Shown here: positions 1-10,450 of the stretch, in pieces | Layout of the letters: every line of letters starts with the position of its first letter | How positions within the stretch are numbered: position 1 is the stretch's first letter | The notes under the pieces: generated by a model | What the model was told of the DNA's origin: nothing | Seen by the model: only the letters and a program-made list of their open reading frames with translations | The model's database searches: none | Translations under genes and position numbers: made by a program | IMG/VR virus record: IMGVR_UViG_3300030707_000002 | Direction: 5' to 3' (one strand) | Source of the DNA: an uncultured virus (IMG/VR IMGVR_UViG_3300030707_000002) | Lineage: Duplodnaviria > Heunggongvirae > Uroviricota > Caudoviricetes | Length of the DNA stretch: 39,355 nt

Positions 1-1363
<1,363 letters not shown>

Positions 1364-1367
1364 CTCG

Positions 1368-1775
1368 ATGAGCTTCGTCATCGGGCGAGGGCGACGCGCA
1401 AGCGAGACGTACCCGACCGCGCCTACGGGTGGAAGCGGTTCATCCGGACCGGTCCCGTGGACGAGGCCGAACGCCAACATCTACAACGCACCGAGCTCAC
1501 GGAATCAATGGATCCTGCTCACCTCGGAGAGCGCCGTCAACCTGCCCTCCGCCGCGAGCGTCCAAGAGGCCGACGTGGTCGTCATCAAAGTGCGCAGCCT
1601 GGACAACCCGTGCGTGGTTACCCCGAGCCCGCCGATCACGATCGAGAACCCGGCCGCTCCGGGCGACTTCAGCGCCACCAGCGTTTCCTTGTCCACGAGC
1701 GGCGAAGTGGCGCGGTGGAAGTACACCGCCAACTCGGGCCAAACCGGCGCCGAGCAAGCCTACATCCTCTGGTGA
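1368..1775 (+). CDS. Putative virion/fibre-associated protein with conserved MSFVIGRGRRASETYPT leader
   Basis: Starts 4 nt after the upstream stop; N-terminus nearly identical to that of the collagen fibre at 16380; remainder is beta-rich (VNLPSAASVQEADVVVIK). Confidence 0.75.
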   Translation: MSFVIGRGRRASETYPTAPTGGSGSSGPVPWTRPNANIYNAPSSRNQWILLTSESAVNLPSAASVQEADVVVIKVRSLDNPCVVTPSPPITIENPAAPGDFSATSVSLSTSGEVARWKYTANSGQTGAEQAYILW

Positions 1776-1805
1776 TCGGGTGATTATCCACCTCTGGGGA
1801 ATCGG

Positions 1806-1832
1806 GTGAGTTTCATCGTCGGTCGCAGCTAA
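1806..1832 (+). pseudogene. Truncated copy of the fibre leader (MSFIVGRS*)
   Basis: GTG AGT TTC ATC GTC GGT CGC AGC TAA resembles the 5' ends of genes 1368 and 16380. Confidence 0.4.
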
Positions 1833-1935
1833 GTATCTCCCGATTGACGGTGGGTGACAGTCCGGTTTACGGTAGCCGGAATGCGCCGTTCGGACCTCGA
1901 GAGGATGGCCATGCAGCCGCCGTACGCGGCCGGCG

Positions 1936-2898
1936 ATGGGTAAAAGAGTGCATTCGTTCGTCATCGGCGGCGCCGGCTTCATCGGAAGCCACCTGGTGGA
2001 CCAGCTCGTCGAGCGCGGTCCCGTCACCGTGTTCGACAACCTGAGCGTCGGCAAGTCGGCGTTTCTCGCCGAACCGATCGCTTCCGGCCGGGCGACCCTT
2101 GTGTGCGGGGATGCACTCGACTTGCCTGCGCTCGCTGTGGCCATGCAGGGTCACGACGTCGTCTTCCATCTCGCCGCCAACCCCGAAGCGCGCCACGGCC
2201 TCACGAACACCCGGCTCGACCTCGAACAGGGGACGATCGCCACGTACAACGCGCTCGAGGCCGCCCGCCTCGGCTGCGTGAAGCGATTCGTGCTCGCGTC
2301 GAGCGGAACCGTGTACGGCAACGTCTCTGTTCCGTGCGGAGAACGGGATCTCGGGCACCTGCCCATCTCGCTCTACGGCGCCAGCAAGCTCGCGAGCGAG
2401 GCGATGCTCGCCGCCTTCGTGGAGTGCTTCGCCCTCGAAGGGGTTATCTGTCGGTTTGGCAACGTCGTGGGCTCGCGTGGCACGCACGGCGTCCTTCTCG
2501 ATTTCTGCAAGAAGCTCAAGGATCATCCAGACCATCTCGACGTGCTCGGCGACGGCCACCAGTCCAAGCCGTACCTGCACGTCCGCGACTGCGTGGCGGG
2601 CTTGCTCTTCGTGCTCGATCACACACAGGGTGGAGCGCTACGGCCGGCAATCTACAACATTGCGCCGCCCAACTCGACGAGCGTGGCGCGGATTGCCGAG
2701 CTGTGCGTTGCGGCCTCGCCGAACCCGTCCGCGCGCATCGCGTTCGGCACGGACGTGCAAGGGTGGCGAGGGGACGTCCCCCACTCGTGCCTGAAGCCGG
2801 ACAAGTTGGCGGCGCTCGGGTTTCGCGTGACTCGCTCGTCCGATGAAGCGGTGCAGCTCGCCGTAACCGAGATCGCCCGCGAAGTGTTCGGAGGCTGA
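1936..2898 (+). CDS. NAD-dependent epimerase/dehydratase (extended SDR, UDP-glucose 4-epimerase-like)
   Basis: GGAGFIGSH Rossmann motif, SSGTVYG, YGASK catalytic motif, RFGNVVG, GDGHQSKPYLHV. Confidence 0.93.
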   Translation: MGKRVHSFVIGGAGFIGSHLVDQLVERGPVTVFDNLSVGKSAFLAEPIASGRATLVCGDALDLPALAVAMQGHDVVFHLAANPEARHGLTNTRLDLEQGTIATYNALEAARLGCVKRFVLASSGTVYGNVSVPCGERDLGHLPISLYGASKLASEAMLAAFVECFALEGVICRFGNVVGSRGTHGVLLDFCKKLKDHPDHLDVLGDGHQSKPYLHVRDCVAGLLFVLDHTQGGALRPAIYNIAPPNSTSVARIAELCVAASPNPSARIAFGTDVQGWRGDVPHSCLKPDKLAALGFRVTRSSDEAVQLAVTEIAREVFGG

Positions 2899-3467
2899 TG
2901 GGCATGGAGCACTATTTCAAAGAGATCCCGGGCTTCTTCACGTTCCCGGACTTCTACGCGTGGGTGGCCGGAGAGATGATCGGCAAGCCGTCGCCGCACC
3001 TCGTGGAGGTCGGCATCTACCACGGGCAATCCGCCGCCTTCTTGGGGGTGGAGCTGGTCAACCGAGGCGTCTCGGCTCAGGTGGATCTCGTCGACCAGTT
3101 TCACGACAGCCCTCCAGAAACCGTGATGGGCCGGCTCGCCAAGATTCCCGTGGCGTGGAGAATCCAAAAGGGTTGCTCGTGGAATGTCGCAGCCCGTTAT
3201 CCCGATGAGTCGCTCGACTTCGTCTTCCTCGACGCGAACCACGACCGCGATAGCATCTCCAGAGACATTGACGCATGGCGACCCAAGGTCAAAAAGGGTG
3301 GCCTGCTCGCCGGACACGACTACATCCACTGGCAGAATCCAGAGTTCGGCGTCGTCCGTGCCGTCAACGAGCGGTTCGCCCGCTTCGAGGTCTGGCCCGG
3401 GATCACCGACGGTGGAGATGCGCAGATGCAGGGGCACTTCTTCCCCTGCTGGTGCGTTCGGTTATGA
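2898..3467 (+). CDS. Class I SAM-dependent methyltransferase (Methyltransf_24-like)
   Basis: VEVGIYHGQS, LDFVFLDANH, GGLLAGHDY; TGATG coupling with the upstream gene. Confidence 0.88.
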   Translation: MGMEHYFKEIPGFFTFPDFYAWVAGEMIGKPSPHLVEVGIYHGQSAAFLGVELVNRGVSAQVDLVDQFHDSPPETVMGRLAKIPVAWRIQKGCSWNVAARYPDESLDFVFLDANHDRDSISRDIDAWRPKVKKGGLLAGHDYIHWQNPEFGVVRAVNERFARFEVWPGITDGGDAQMQGHFFPCWCVRL

Positions 3468-4015
3468 AAACGATCGAGCACTTCTACAAAACCCTGCCTG
3501 GGTACTTTACGTTCGAAGACTTCTACGCCTGGATTGCCAAGCGAGTGCCAGAGAAGGCACGCTGCGTCGAGGTGGGGGTCTTTGCCGGTCGGAGCGCGGC
3601 GTTTCTCGGTGTGGAGCTCTCTCGCGCCGACAAGGGCGCCACGCTCGATCTCGTGGATCAGGGGTTCAACGACCTGGGCACGGACGGAATCCGCCGCGCG
3701 CTCGATCCGATCGCGCATGCAATCGATCAGGTGCATCTCGGCGCATCCTGGGAAGCGGCCAGCTTCTACGCCGATAAGTCTCTCGACTTCGTGTTCCTCG
3801 ACGCCGGCCATGAACATTCGGATGTCCAGAATGACATCGTTGCCTGGGGTCCGAAGATCAAATCGGGCGGGGTCCTCGCGGGGCACGATTTCACCTGGGA
3901 GTATCCCGGCCTGGTTCGAGCCGTTATCGAAGCGTTTGATCATTTCAACATCTGGCGCGGAAGCCAATTCACAAACGGGCTCTATTACCCGGTGTGGTAC
4001 GTCGAGGTGCCATGA
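3464..4015 (+). CDS. Class I SAM-dependent methyltransferase (Methyltransf_24-like), paralog of the upstream gene
   Basis: Start reassigned to the ATGA overlap at 3464 (MKTIEHFY); VEVGVFAGRS, LDFVFLDAGH, GGVLAGHDF. Confidence 0.88.
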   Translation: MKTIEHFYKTLPGYFTFEDFYAWIAKRVPEKARCVEVGVFAGRSAAFLGVELSRADKGATLDLVDQGFNDLGTDGIRRALDPIAHAIDQVHLGASWEAASFYADKSLDFVFLDAGHEHSDVQNDIVAWGPKIKSGGVLAGHDFTWEYPGLVRAVIEAFDHFNIWRGSQFTNGLYYPVWYVEVP

Positions 4016-5265
4016 GCGCGCAACTTGTTGTCGTCTCGACTTGCTTTCGCGCGTCGCCCACCGACCGATGCCGCCACTCGGTCGCAGCCCAGACGGTCCC
4101 GGTGCGGCACATCTTCATCGAAGCCGCGTCGCAGCCGACTCCGAAGACGCACTCGGAGAACCTCGTCGACTCGGTTTCTGACCTCGATCCGGATGCCGTT
4201 GTCTTGCAGCTTGACGGGGACGACTGGTTTGCGCACACGACCGTTGCGGCGCGAATCGCCCGCCTCTATGAGGACCCGGCCGTGTGGCTCACCTACGGGT
4301 CCTTCGCGACCGAGGACGGTCGCACCCACGCGACGAACGCCCCCTACGCACCGGACGAAGACGTGCGTACGGCCCCGTGGCGGTGCTCGCACCTGAAGAC
4401 GTTCCGGGCAGGCCTCTTCCAGCGCATCGACCCCTCCGACCTGAAGCTCCCGGACGGCACATGGACAGGACGCGCGGTCGATCACGCCACGATGTTCCCG
4501 ATGGTCGAGATGGCGGGATGGGACCGCACGCGGTGGGTCGAGGACGTCTTGGTCATGTACGGGGAATCCGGAACCGACCCTTCCGGAGGAGCGCCCACCT
4601 TGGCGGCGGATCGGTTCTTCCGGAGCAAGCGCAGGTACCCGCGCCTGGCGAGTTACCACCGTTCGCGCCGCAACCTGGACGGCATCTACGACGCCCACTT
4701 CTTCGACGCATACCAGGGTCTCCAGAAAGCGGACATCCGAACCGCCGCAGAGATGGTCTTTCGTCTGCTCTCGCCCCAGAGGGTCCTCGACGTGGGGGCC
4801 GGTCCGGGGCAATTCGTGGGCCGATTGCGCGAACTGGGCGTGGATGCGTGGGGGCTAGAAGGCTCCACGGCCGCCTTCGACCGGGCAGACGCCGCCGTCC
4901 GACTTTACCTATGGCAGGAGGACATCACGGCGGGCGATGCGGCCTTTGGGGCGTCGCCTCCCTACGACCTCGTGACGTGCATGGAGGTGGCCGAGCACCT
5001 GCCGGTAGAGGACGCAGACACGCTCGTGTGCAAGCTCTGCAGGGCATGCGCGCCGGGTGGTTCGATCCTGCTGACAGCCGCACCGATCGGCCAAGGGGGC
5101 CACGATCATATCAATTGCCAACCGCCGACGTACTGGATCACGAAGTTCGGCGCGGAGGGCTTCTCGGTTGACGAAACGAGGACTGCCGCCGTGAAAGCCG
5201 AGTGGACGAAACTCACTCGAATGCCGTGGTACGGGGACAACGTCCTCATTTTCCGAGCTTCGTGA
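4012..5265 (+). CDS. GT-A/GT2-like glycosyltransferase fused to a class I methyltransferase
   Basis: ATGA overlap at 4012. N-half: LDGDDW, VWLTYGS, SHLKTF. C-half: VLDVGAGPG, YDLVTCMEVAEH, GHDHINCQ. Confidence 0.82.
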   Translation: MSAQLVVVSTCFRASPTDRCRHSVAAQTVPVRHIFIEAASQPTPKTHSENLVDSVSDLDPDAVVLQLDGDDWFAHTTVAARIARLYEDPAVWLTYGSFATEDGRTHATNAPYAPDEDVRTAPWRCSHLKTFRAGLFQRIDPSDLKLPDGTWTGRAVDHATMFPMVEMAGWDRTRWVEDVLVMYGESGTDPSGGAPTLAADRFFRSKRRYPRLASYHRSRRNLDGIYDAHFFDAYQGLQKADIRTAAEMVFRLLSPQRVLDVGAGPGQFVGRLRELGVDAWGLEGSTAAFDRADAAVRLYLWQEDITAGDAAFGASPPYDLVTCMEVAEHLPVEDADTLVCKLCRACAPGGSILLTAAPIGQGGHDHINCQPPTYWITKFGAEGFSVDETRTAAVKAEWTKLTRMPWYGDNVLIFRAS

Positions 5266-8200
5266 TGCCGCGCATCTTGCTGGGTGTCCCCTGCTTCGCG
5301 GAGCCTCGCGAGCTGCTGACGCGCGCCCTTCGATCCTTCCTGGAGGACGAGGTCGCCGTCGTGGCCGTGGACAACGGTGCGGCGACCGACGTGAAGGCCG
5401 TGCTGGCCGAAATGGAACCGTCCATCGAAATCCTCCGCAACCCAACGAACATCTACGTGAACCCGGCGTGGAACCAGCTTGCCGCGCATTTCCTCGCATC
5501 CGACTCGGAGATCCTCGTCCTCGCGAACGCGGACCTCATCGCAGCCCCTCACTGGTCCGCCTCCCTGCTGCTGCGCCGCGACCACTCGCGGTCCAAGGGC
5601 GACCGAGAGTTCTGGTTCGGACGAGCCCTCTCGAGCGTGAACGAAGCCTCGCGCGCGCAGACCGCATCCATCGATACGGTCGATGGTTCGTCGGGCCGAT
5701 CGGTCAGCGGCGCCTTCTTTGCAATGACGCGGGAGGCGGTGTCCATCGCGTTCCCGATCCCGCCGGAGCTGCTCATCCACTGCGGCGATGACTGGATCCA
5801 TTCGCTGCTCTCGGAGGCTGGCTTTCGGCAGCGAACGCTTTACGGCATGGCCGTGTGGCACGAGGGATTCGTCAGCGGCGGCCACGTGCCCGAGTTTCAT
5901 TCCATGACGGCGCACGACCGGGTTGCGTGGTCTCGGCTCAGCAAAGCCTGCAGAAGTCTTGGAGAGATCGAACGCCAGTACGTCGCTGCCCGGGACACCC
6001 CGTCGGACATCCACGAGCACATCCCGATGCTCTCGATGTACGCCAAAGACTGCGAACGCGTGACGGAGTTGGGGGTCGGTCTGTCGACATGGGGTCTGCT
6101 CCACGGCCGGCCGAAGCGGATGCGCTGTTACGACATCCGGGACAAGGTGAATCTTCAGAAGAAGGTGGCCACAGAAGCGGGGATCGATTTTGATTTCCAG
6201 CGAGTGAGCTCGCTGTCGGTCGGCATCGACGAGACCGATCTTCTGTTCATCGACACGATCCACACCTACGCGCAGCTCCGGCAGGAGCTCGCCCTGCACG
6301 GACCGAAAGTACGCAAGCACATCGTGCTGCACGACACGGAGACCTACGGCACCCGCGACGAGGGCGACGTCGGTCCCGGCCTCTGGCCCGCGGTCGAAGA
6401 ATTCATTGCGGCGCATCCGGAATGGGGGATCGAGGTCCGCCTGCACAACAACAACGGCCTCACGGTGCTGACGCGCACCCAGCGCACCCGCATCGTACTC
6501 GGCGTACCGTGCTTCGCGGAGGATCACGATCTCCTCGTGCGCGCGCTCCGGTCGTTCTGCGAGCCGGGGGTCGACGTCGTGGCGATCGACAACGGCGGCG
6601 CGCCGGCTGTCAAATCGGCGCTCGACGAAATGGGGGCCACCATTACGGTCCTGCGCAATCCGGAGAACGTCTACGTCAACCCCGCCTGGAATCAGCTTGC
6701 CGCACGGTTTCTCGAGTCGAACGCCGAGATCCTCGTCATTGCGAACGCCGACCTCGTCGTCAGTCCAGGATGGTCTTCATCGCTGCTCCAGCGGTTCGAC
6801 CGCGCGCGCGGCCGGCGAGAGGTCTGGGTGGGTCGACGGGTCGGCACCGAAGCCGAAGCCGCCGGCGCCGTGCGGCCGTCCGGAGAATCGACCAACGACC
6901 CAAAGCACACGGCCGGAGCGTTTTTCGCCCTGACACGGGAAGCGGTCACGATCGCGTTCCCGATCCCGCCGGAGCTGCGCCTCTGGTACGGCGACACGTG
7001 GATCCAAACCGTGCTCGCCGAAGCGGGCTTCCAATCGGTCACGTTGCGCGACGTCGTCGCATGGCACGCGGAAAAGGTCAGCTCGAGTCGGCTGCCGGAG
7101 CTCGCGGAGATGGTGACCCGCGAGGGCGTTGAGTGGAACGAGCGGCTCCACGCACTCGCCAGAGAGCGCGGATCGTCTCAGAAGAAACGTCCCGAAAGAC
7201 CGACCCGGATGGATGATGTGCTCACCCTGCTGAAACGTCCGATCTCCAGCACCCGTTTTGTCTCAGCGTTCTTCCGGCTGCGGGATCGAACCGTGGACGA
7301 AGACGCGTATTTTCGATGGTTCTCCGAGCTCGCCGCGAGCGGCCTGCCGATCCTCCTCTTTCTCGACCGGCAGCTCGCCGAGCGAGCGCCCAAGCACCCG
7401 AACGTTCAAGTGGAACTGACCGACCTCGAATCGTTGTGGCCGTTCCAGCACGACGACGGCACCCGAACGCTTCCGGGCACCCGCTCGTCAGAAAAGGACG
7501 CGCGCGGTTCCCTCTTGCTCATCAACGCCAAGCTCGATCTCCTTGCGCTCGCCCGCGAGCTCGACGACTCCTCTTCGCATTTCGCCTGGATCGACTTCGC
7601 GGTGATGAAGGTCGTCAAGAATCCGGCGAGCTTCCTCGACCGACTGCGTGCGCTCCATCCCCCGTCTGTATGCGTACTTGCACCGGGCTGCTGGAATAAG
7701 GAGACCGCCGCAGCGCGCGCGACCGACGACGACGTGAACTGGCGATTCTGCGGTGGCTTTCTGCTCGTCGACCGCGAATCGATCCCCGAGCTCGTCGAGC
7801 GCTACCACGCCGTTTTCCGGCGGATGCAGCAGATCACCTGGGAGGTCAACACCTGGGCTGAGATGGAACGAGAGGGCCAGCGGTTCGACTGGTACCAGGC
7901 CGACCACGACGACAGCATCATCGATATTCCACGTGACGGAGACACCCCCATGAATCGGCTTGAACGCCGTGCCACCGCCGCCCGCGGCAAGCACAAGGAG
8001 GAGAAATCGACGGTCACCCGGATCTGCCTCGTGATGATCGTCAAGAACGAGAGCGCCATCATCGAGCGGTGCCTCTCGGCCGCGCTGCCCTTCATCGACA
8101 AGTGGGTCATCACCGACACCGGATCGACCGACGGGACATTCGAGACGATCCAGCGGTTTTTCAAAGAGCACCAAGTCCCCGGCAAATTGGTCCGCACCAC

Positions 8201-9965
8201 GTTCAAGAACTTCGCCCAGGCCAGAAACGAGTCGCTCGAGGCAGCACGAGCGTACGACGGATGGGACTACGCCCTGCTTATCGACGCCGACATGGTGCTC
8301 CGGGGGTCGCTGGACAAGCGGGCGCTCACCGCGCCCGCGTACCGGCTCCAGCAGTTGACCGGAGCCCTTCACTACTGGAATACGCGGCTCGTTCGGCGCG
8401 ACGTGGTCGCGCAGTACGTCGGCGTCACTCACGAGTTTCTCTCTGTTCCCGGCGACACCCCGCCGAACCTCGACTCGTGCTCCATCGACGACCGCAACGA
8501 CGGCGGGTCGAAGGGCGACAAGGGCGATCGGGACATCCGCCTGCTCATGGACGGCCTCACCCGGGAGCCGGACAACGCCCGTTATATGTTCTACCTCGCG
8601 AACACCTACCGCGAGATGGGACGGCAGCAGGAGGCCATCCAGTGGTACACGCGCCGGATTGCCGCCGGCGGGTGGGACGAAGAAGTCTGGGCATCGCACT
8701 ACGGCATCGCGCGCAGCCATGCCGCGTTGAACGACGAGCCGGCGCTCGTCCTCGCCTGCTTCGACGCCTACAACTTCCGACCCACCCGCGCGGAACCGCT
8801 GGCGCTGCTCGCGCGGTGGTGGCGCGAGCACGGCAAGAGCGATGCGGCGATCCTCCTCGCCGAACAGGTCGCACGGATGCCCTGCCCGGACGAAATCCTC
8901 TTCGTCGAGAAGGATGTCTACGAACGCAAAAACGCGCCCGATGTCGCCATCAGCGGGTTCTACAGCAAGCTCCCCGCGCGCCGGCAGGCCGGCTACGACG
9001 CGTGCGCCCGACTGACCATCGACCGGGACGCCAACGTGCGCGGCGAGGCCCGAGGGAATTTCGTTCACTACGTCAAGACCGCGCGCGAGCTCTGCGGCGC
9101 CGAGCTGCGCGCGATCGACTGGAAATCGGACGATGGGTACGCGCCGATGAACCCGTCGGTGCTCGTCGTGGGCGACCGGCGGCTCGTGCTGGTCCGCACC
9201 GTGAACTACACGGTCGCCGAGGGGCAGTACCCCACGATCGACGGCAGCGGCATCATCCGCACCAAAAACTGGATCCTCGAGATGAACAAGACGTGGAAGC
9301 CGACCGGATCGCCCACACTCCTGACCGACGCGACAGGCCTCCCGCGTACGAGCTACCCGGTCGAAGGGTTCGAGGACTGCCGGCTCTGGCTCGACGGCGA
9401 CAAGTTTCGCGCGTCGGCCGTCGTCCGCGATCTAGGCGATGGACGATGCGAACAGTGCATTCTCACGATCGACCACGAGTGGAAGATCACGGACGTCCGC
9501 GTCATTCGCGACTACGAGCACGACCGCGCGCAGAAGAACTGGATGCCGATCCTCGGGCAACCCGGCAGTTTCCTCTACCTGTGCGACCCGACGATCGTGA
9601 TCGACTGCGCGCCGGAGAAAACCACCGAGCGGTTCCGCATCACCGATCTTGACGAAAATCTGACTGAGCTGCGCGGCGGATCGCAGGTCATCCCGCACGG
9701 AGACAGTTTCCTCTGCCTCGTGCACGAGGTCGTCCACACCCCTGGACGGATCTACCTTCACCGGTTCGTCCGGCTGACCGAGAAGCTCGAGATCCGGAGC
9801 ATCTCCGAGCCGTTTTACTTCGAGCGCAAGGGCATCGAATTCGCCGCCGGGTTGGCTCGCGACGGCGATCGGTTGGTGGTCAGCTTCGGGGTGAACGACG
9901 CCTCGGCGCACCTGGCGTTCTTCGATTCAGCCGCCGTCGATCGCCTCATCTCGACCCAGACTTGA
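5265..9965 (+). CDS. ~1566 aa multidomain glycosylation protein: GT2-like, methyltransferase, GT2-like, HtrL/WlaTC-like GT, GT2-TPR, beta-propeller glycosidase/phosphorylase-like
   Basis: TGATG-coupled start (MPRILLGVPCF). Duplicated GT block (VDNG, NIYVNPAWN, ANAD); DLLFIDTIHTY MTase; FAWIDF and WRFCGGF; CLVMIVKNES/DTGSTDGT/IDAD with TPR-like PDNARYMFYLANTY; MNPSV, EDCRL, QKNWMP, LRGGS, IEFAAGL. Confidence 0.85.
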   Translation: MPRILLGVPCFAEPRELLTRALRSFLEDEVAVVAVDNGAATDVKAVLAEMEPSIEILRNPTNIYVNPAWNQLAAHFLASDSEILVLANADLIAAPHWSASLLLRRDHSRSKGDREFWFGRALSSVNEASRAQTASIDTVDGSSGRSVSGAFFAMTREAVSIAFPIPPELLIHCGDDWIHSLLSEAGFRQRTLYGMAVWHEGFVSGGHVPEFHSMTAHDRVAWSRLSKACRSLGEIERQYVAARDTPSDIHEHIPMLSMYAKDCERVTELGVGLSTWGLLHGRPKRMRCYDIRDKVNLQKKVATEAGIDFDFQRVSSLSVGIDETDLLFIDTIHTYAQLRQELALHGPKVRKHIVLHDTETYGTRDEGDVGPGLWPAVEEFIAAHPEWGIEVRLHNNNGLTVLTRTQRTRIVLGVPCFAEDHDLLVRALRSFCEPGVDVVAIDNGGAPAVKSALDEMGATITVLRNPENVYVNPAWNQLAARFLESNAEILVIANADLVVSPGWSSSLLQRFDRARGRREVWVGRRVGTEAEAAGAVRPSGESTNDPKHTAGAFFALTREAVTIAFPIPPELRLWYGDTWIQTVLAEAGFQSVTLRDVVAWHAEKVSSSRLPELAEMVTREGVEWNERLHALARERGSSQKKRPERPTRMDDVLTLLKRPISSTRFVSAFFRLRDRTVDEDAYFRWFSELAASGLPILLFLDRQLAERAPKHPNVQVELTDLESLWPFQHDDGTRTLPGTRSSEKDARGSLLLINAKLDLLALARELDDSSSHFAWIDFAVMKVVKNPASFLDRLRALHPPSVCVLAPGCWNKETAAARATDDDVNWRFCGGFLLVDRESIPELVERYHAVFRRMQQITWEVNTWAEMEREGQRFDWYQADHDDSIIDIPRDGDTPMNRLERRATAARGKHKEEKSTVTRICLVMIVKNESAIIERCLSAALPFIDKWVITDTGSTDGTFETIQRFFKEHQVPGKLVRTTFKNFAQARNESLEAARAYDGWDYALLIDADMVLRGSLDKRALTAPAYRLQQLTGALHYWNTRLVRRDVVAQYVGVTHEFLSVPGDTPPNLDSCSIDDRNDGGSKGDKGDRDIRLLMDGLTREPDNARYMFYLANTYREMGRQQEAIQWYTRRIAAGGWDEEVWASHYGIARSHAALNDEPALVLACFDAYNFRPTRAEPLALLARWWREHGKSDAAILLAEQVARMPCPDEILFVEKDVYERKNAPDVAISGFYSKLPARRQAGYDACARLTIDRDANVRGEARGNFVHYVKTARELCGAELRAIDWKSDDGYAPMNPSVLVVGDRRLVLVRTVNYTVAEGQYPTIDGSGIIRTKNWILEMNKTWKPTGSPTLLTDATGLPRTSYPVEGFEDCRLWLDGDKFRASAVVRDLGDGRCEQCILTIDHEWKITDVRVIRDYEHDRAQKNWMPILGQPGSFLYLCDPTIVIDCAPEKTTERFRITDLDENLTELRGGSQVIPHGDSFLCLVHEVVHTPGRIYLHRFVRLTEKLEIRSISEPFYFERKGIEFAAGLARDGDRLVVSFGVNDASAHLAFFDSAAVDRLISTQT

Positions 9966-9988
9966 CGCTGGCAATCCAGACCGTAACC

Positions 9989-10006
9989 GACATACCTAAG
10001 TATGTC
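9989..10006. promoter_or_regulatory. Inverted repeat GACATAC-CTAA-GTATGTC (possible operator or hairpin)
   Basis: Perfect 7-bp inverted repeat in an AT-rich intergenic stretch after the glycan operon. Confidence 0.35.
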
Positions 10007-10060
10007 TCAGGTATTACTTAGTCCGGTCACGGATCCTAGTGGTAGCCTGAGTACCGCACC

Positions 10061-10150
10061 ATGAGCCGCATCATGGACCGAGGACGGACCGCACGTGTGG
10101 CAACAGGAACCGTGAATGCGGGAGGTGTCGGATGGGCAGTCATTTTGTGA
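10061..10150 (+). pseudogene. 29-codon ORF beginning with a degenerate fibre leader (MSRIMDRGRTAR)
   Basis: Resembles [12 protein letters not shown] of gene 16380; preceded by TGG-TAGCCT, a -10-like box. Confidence 0.35.
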
Positions 10151-10383
10151 GATGGTTTGTACTGGTGCTCCTTACGGAGTTCTCACCGTTGGTTGCGTGC
10201 ACGACCCCAGGGGCTCGTCGACCCCATCGTCGCGGCGTGCTCGGGCGATGACTGCCAGAACCAAGCGAACGGCCTGCAGGTGCTCGTCTGCGTCGTATGC
10301 GGACGGTGCGGAGACTGTTCGCAGCACGCGCACTGAAGCATCCGCTAGACTGTCGGATGCTCCGTGCCTTGCGCGGCAACAGT

Positions 10384-10450
10384 GTTCTAGCTGGGAAAAC
10401 TCGCACTTGACCCGTCAAGGGCGCACTGCGAAACTACCAGACGGAGCCGG
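10384..10450 (+). promoter_or_regulatory. Promoter cassette GTTCTAGC-N15-TTGACCCGTCAAG with GAAACT 17 nt after TTGACC
   Basis: Homologous to 16315-16379; contains a TTGAC-N2-GTCAA inverted repeat over the -35 box. Confidence 0.6.

Noticed and set aside
5106..9911. Long alternative-frame and antisense ORFs (473, 526, 527 aa)
   Set aside because: They overlap the motif-rich 5265-9965 gene and are typical high-GC shadows.
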